Shown here in pieces: positions 43,084 through 44,404 of a stretch of 44,404 nt of DNA. Origin of the DNA: Fidelibacterota bacterium (GTDB taxonomy: Bacteria; Fidelibacterota; Marinisomatia; Marinisomatales; S15-B10). Position 1 is the stretch's first letter. Each line of letters begins with the position of its first letter. The notes beneath the pieces are model-generated. The model did no database searches. It was given only the letters and a program-made list of their open reading frames with translations, and was not told where the DNA came from. The translations under genes were made by a program, and so were the position numbers. The stretch spans positions 1-44,404 of the forward strand of contig JBHIAI010000006.1 of the NCBI GenBank assembly GCA_046861655.1. Direction: 5' to 3'.

Positions 43084-44223
43084 ATGGTCGAAGACCGATT
43101 ATCGGGGCTGAAAAACAAGCGGCCCCTGTGTATGATAGGGCTGATGTCCGGTACGTCCATGGATGGCCTGGACATCTGTCAGGTGGAGGTTGACTTCCGG
43201 GGAGATTCTGTTGACTTTGACGTTAAGGGGTACAGGACCCAACCTTTTCCTTCCCGTCTCCGGGAGGCCATAGCCGCGGCCCTGACCGGAAAGGCCGAGG
43301 AGATATCCAGTCTTCACTACCGTCTGGGAAGGTTTTATGCTGAAAGAGCCTCAAGGTTCATCCTGGAGTCGAAGTCAAATCACATCGATGCAGTAGCCAT
43401 GCATGGGCAGACCCTGTACCATTCAAGCGGTGAGCACACGTTGCAGGTGGGGGAACCCTCGTTCCTGGCGGAAGCCCTCGGGGTGCCCGTGATATCCGAT
43501 TTCCGGGCCCGGGATATCGCTGTAGGAGGCACGGGCGCTCCTTTGATCCCTATCGTGGACAAATGGATTTTCCAGAGGGAAAAAGAGGCTGTTATCTGTC
43601 TGAATCTTGGCGGAATCGGCAACATAACCTACCTTCCGTCCCGTCTTTCGGGTCATCCCGTCGTGGGGTTTGACACCGGGCCCGGGATGTGTCTTCTGGA
43701 CGAGGCCGTCTGGAAATTAGGGAGGAAGAAGCTGGACCGAGGAGGATCTCTGGCCCTGAAGGGACAGCCCATGGAAGATTGGGTGGACAGATGGATGGAG
43801 GATGAATTCGTCCGGATGAAACCGCCCAAGTCGACGGGAAGGGATCGGTTCGGGACGGCTTGGCTGGATGCAAACCTCCCTGGGAACCAGGAGAACAGAC
43901 TGGAGGATACCCTTGCCTCATTATCTCTTTTTACCGCCAGGTCGGTTGTCTTAAATTGCAGACAGTTTACCGATCTCCGGCCGGTAAAGGCCGTTATCGT
44001 CAGCGGCGGCGGCGTTCATCATGGTTGCATGATGGAGATGTTGAACCGGGAATTCGCCCCGGTGGACGTTGTTCTTTCCAGCGACCTTGGAGTGGATTGT
44101 GACATGAAGGAAGCCCTGGGATTTGCCCTCCTTGGGGCGGCGTTCCTGAAGGGAATCCCGGGAAACCTGCCATCCGTAACCGGCGCCTCCCGGCCTGTCT
44201 TACTTGGGAAACTAACTCCTTAG
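43084..44223 (+). CDS. anmK: Anhydro-N-acetylmuramic acid kinase
   Basis: IGLMSGTSMDG, HGQT, DFRARD, GAPL, NLGGIGN, FDTGPG, PKSTGR and KEA motifs. Confidence 0.96.
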   Translation: MVEDRLSGLKNKRPLCMIGLMSGTSMDGLDICQVEVDFRGDSVDFDVKGYRTQPFPSRLREAIAAALTGKAEEISSLHYRLGRFYAERASRFILESKSNHIDAVAMHGQTLYHSSGEHTLQVGEPSFLAEALGVPVISDFRARDIAVGGTGAPLIPIVDKWIFQREKEAVICLNLGGIGNITYLPSRLSGHPVVGFDTGPGMCLLDEAVWKLGRKKLDRGGSLALKGQPMEDWVDRWMEDEFVRMKPPKSTGRDRFGTAWLDANLPGNQENRLEDTLASLSLFTARSVVLNCRQFTDLRPVKAVIVSGGGVHHGCMMEMLNREFAPVDVVLSSDLGVDCDMKEALGFALLGAAFLKGIPGNLPSVTGASRPVLLGKLTP

Positions 44224-44231
44224 GTAATCCC

Positions 44232-44404
44232 GTGGATTTCAATCCCTACGTCTTCAGGGAATACGATATCAGGGGAAAGGTGGCTGAGGATTTCCCCCGG
44301 GAATTCGTTGAAGATTTGGGCCGGGCGTTCGGGACGTTCGTGAAAAGACGGGGAGCACGGGAAATCGGAATGAGTGGGGACATCCGGCTGACCACCCCGC
44401 GTCT
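44232..44404 (+). CDS. Phosphomannomutase/phosphoglucomutase (3'-truncated by window end)
   Basis: Not in the ORF track. GTG 44232 gives MDFNPYVFREYDIRGKVAEDF...LGRAFG...GDIRLTT, the FRxYDIRG N-terminus of AlgC-type PMM/PGM. Confidence 0.9.
   Translation, partial: MDFNPYVFREYDIRGKVAEDFPREFVEDLGRAFGTFVKRRGAREIGMSGDIRLTTPR

Overview
A gene-dense, GC-rich (roughly 55-58% by eye) core-chromosome segment from a diderm bacterium. The gene order (yajC-def-fmt-PASTA; DUF2905-ileS(type 2)-dksA-lspA-rluD-xerC...hpf; metK-ahcY; murQ-anmK-PMM) suggests the FCB superphylum, most plausibly Candidatus Marinimicrobia/Neomarinimicrobiota; this is inference only. There are about 40 CDS, almost all on the + strand. 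I saw no rRNA, tRNA, CRISPR array, transposase or prophage. The unusual items are: (1) a XerC-type recombinase with an internal, catalytically degenerate tandem duplication of part of its catalytic domain; (2) an M1 zinc aminopeptidase fused to a C-terminal Omp85-like beta-barrel (candidate type Vd-like autotransporter); (3) a 983-aa lipoprotein rich in D-(S/T)-hydrophobic sequons, coupled to an outer-membrane barrel gene; (4) two tandem paralogous ~73-aa membrane proteins, the second frameshifted; (5) two different MITE/REP-like palindromic elements flanking ahcY, plus a recurrent CCCGCC-N2-4-GGCGGG hairpin; (6) a recurring promoter signature TTGnnn-16/18-TAAHTT, with leaderless-looking pyrF and lptG and a probable ATC start for DUF2905. 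Some anomalies could be consensus errors in a low-coverage assembly. All calls come from manual reading of the sequence; no searches were run.
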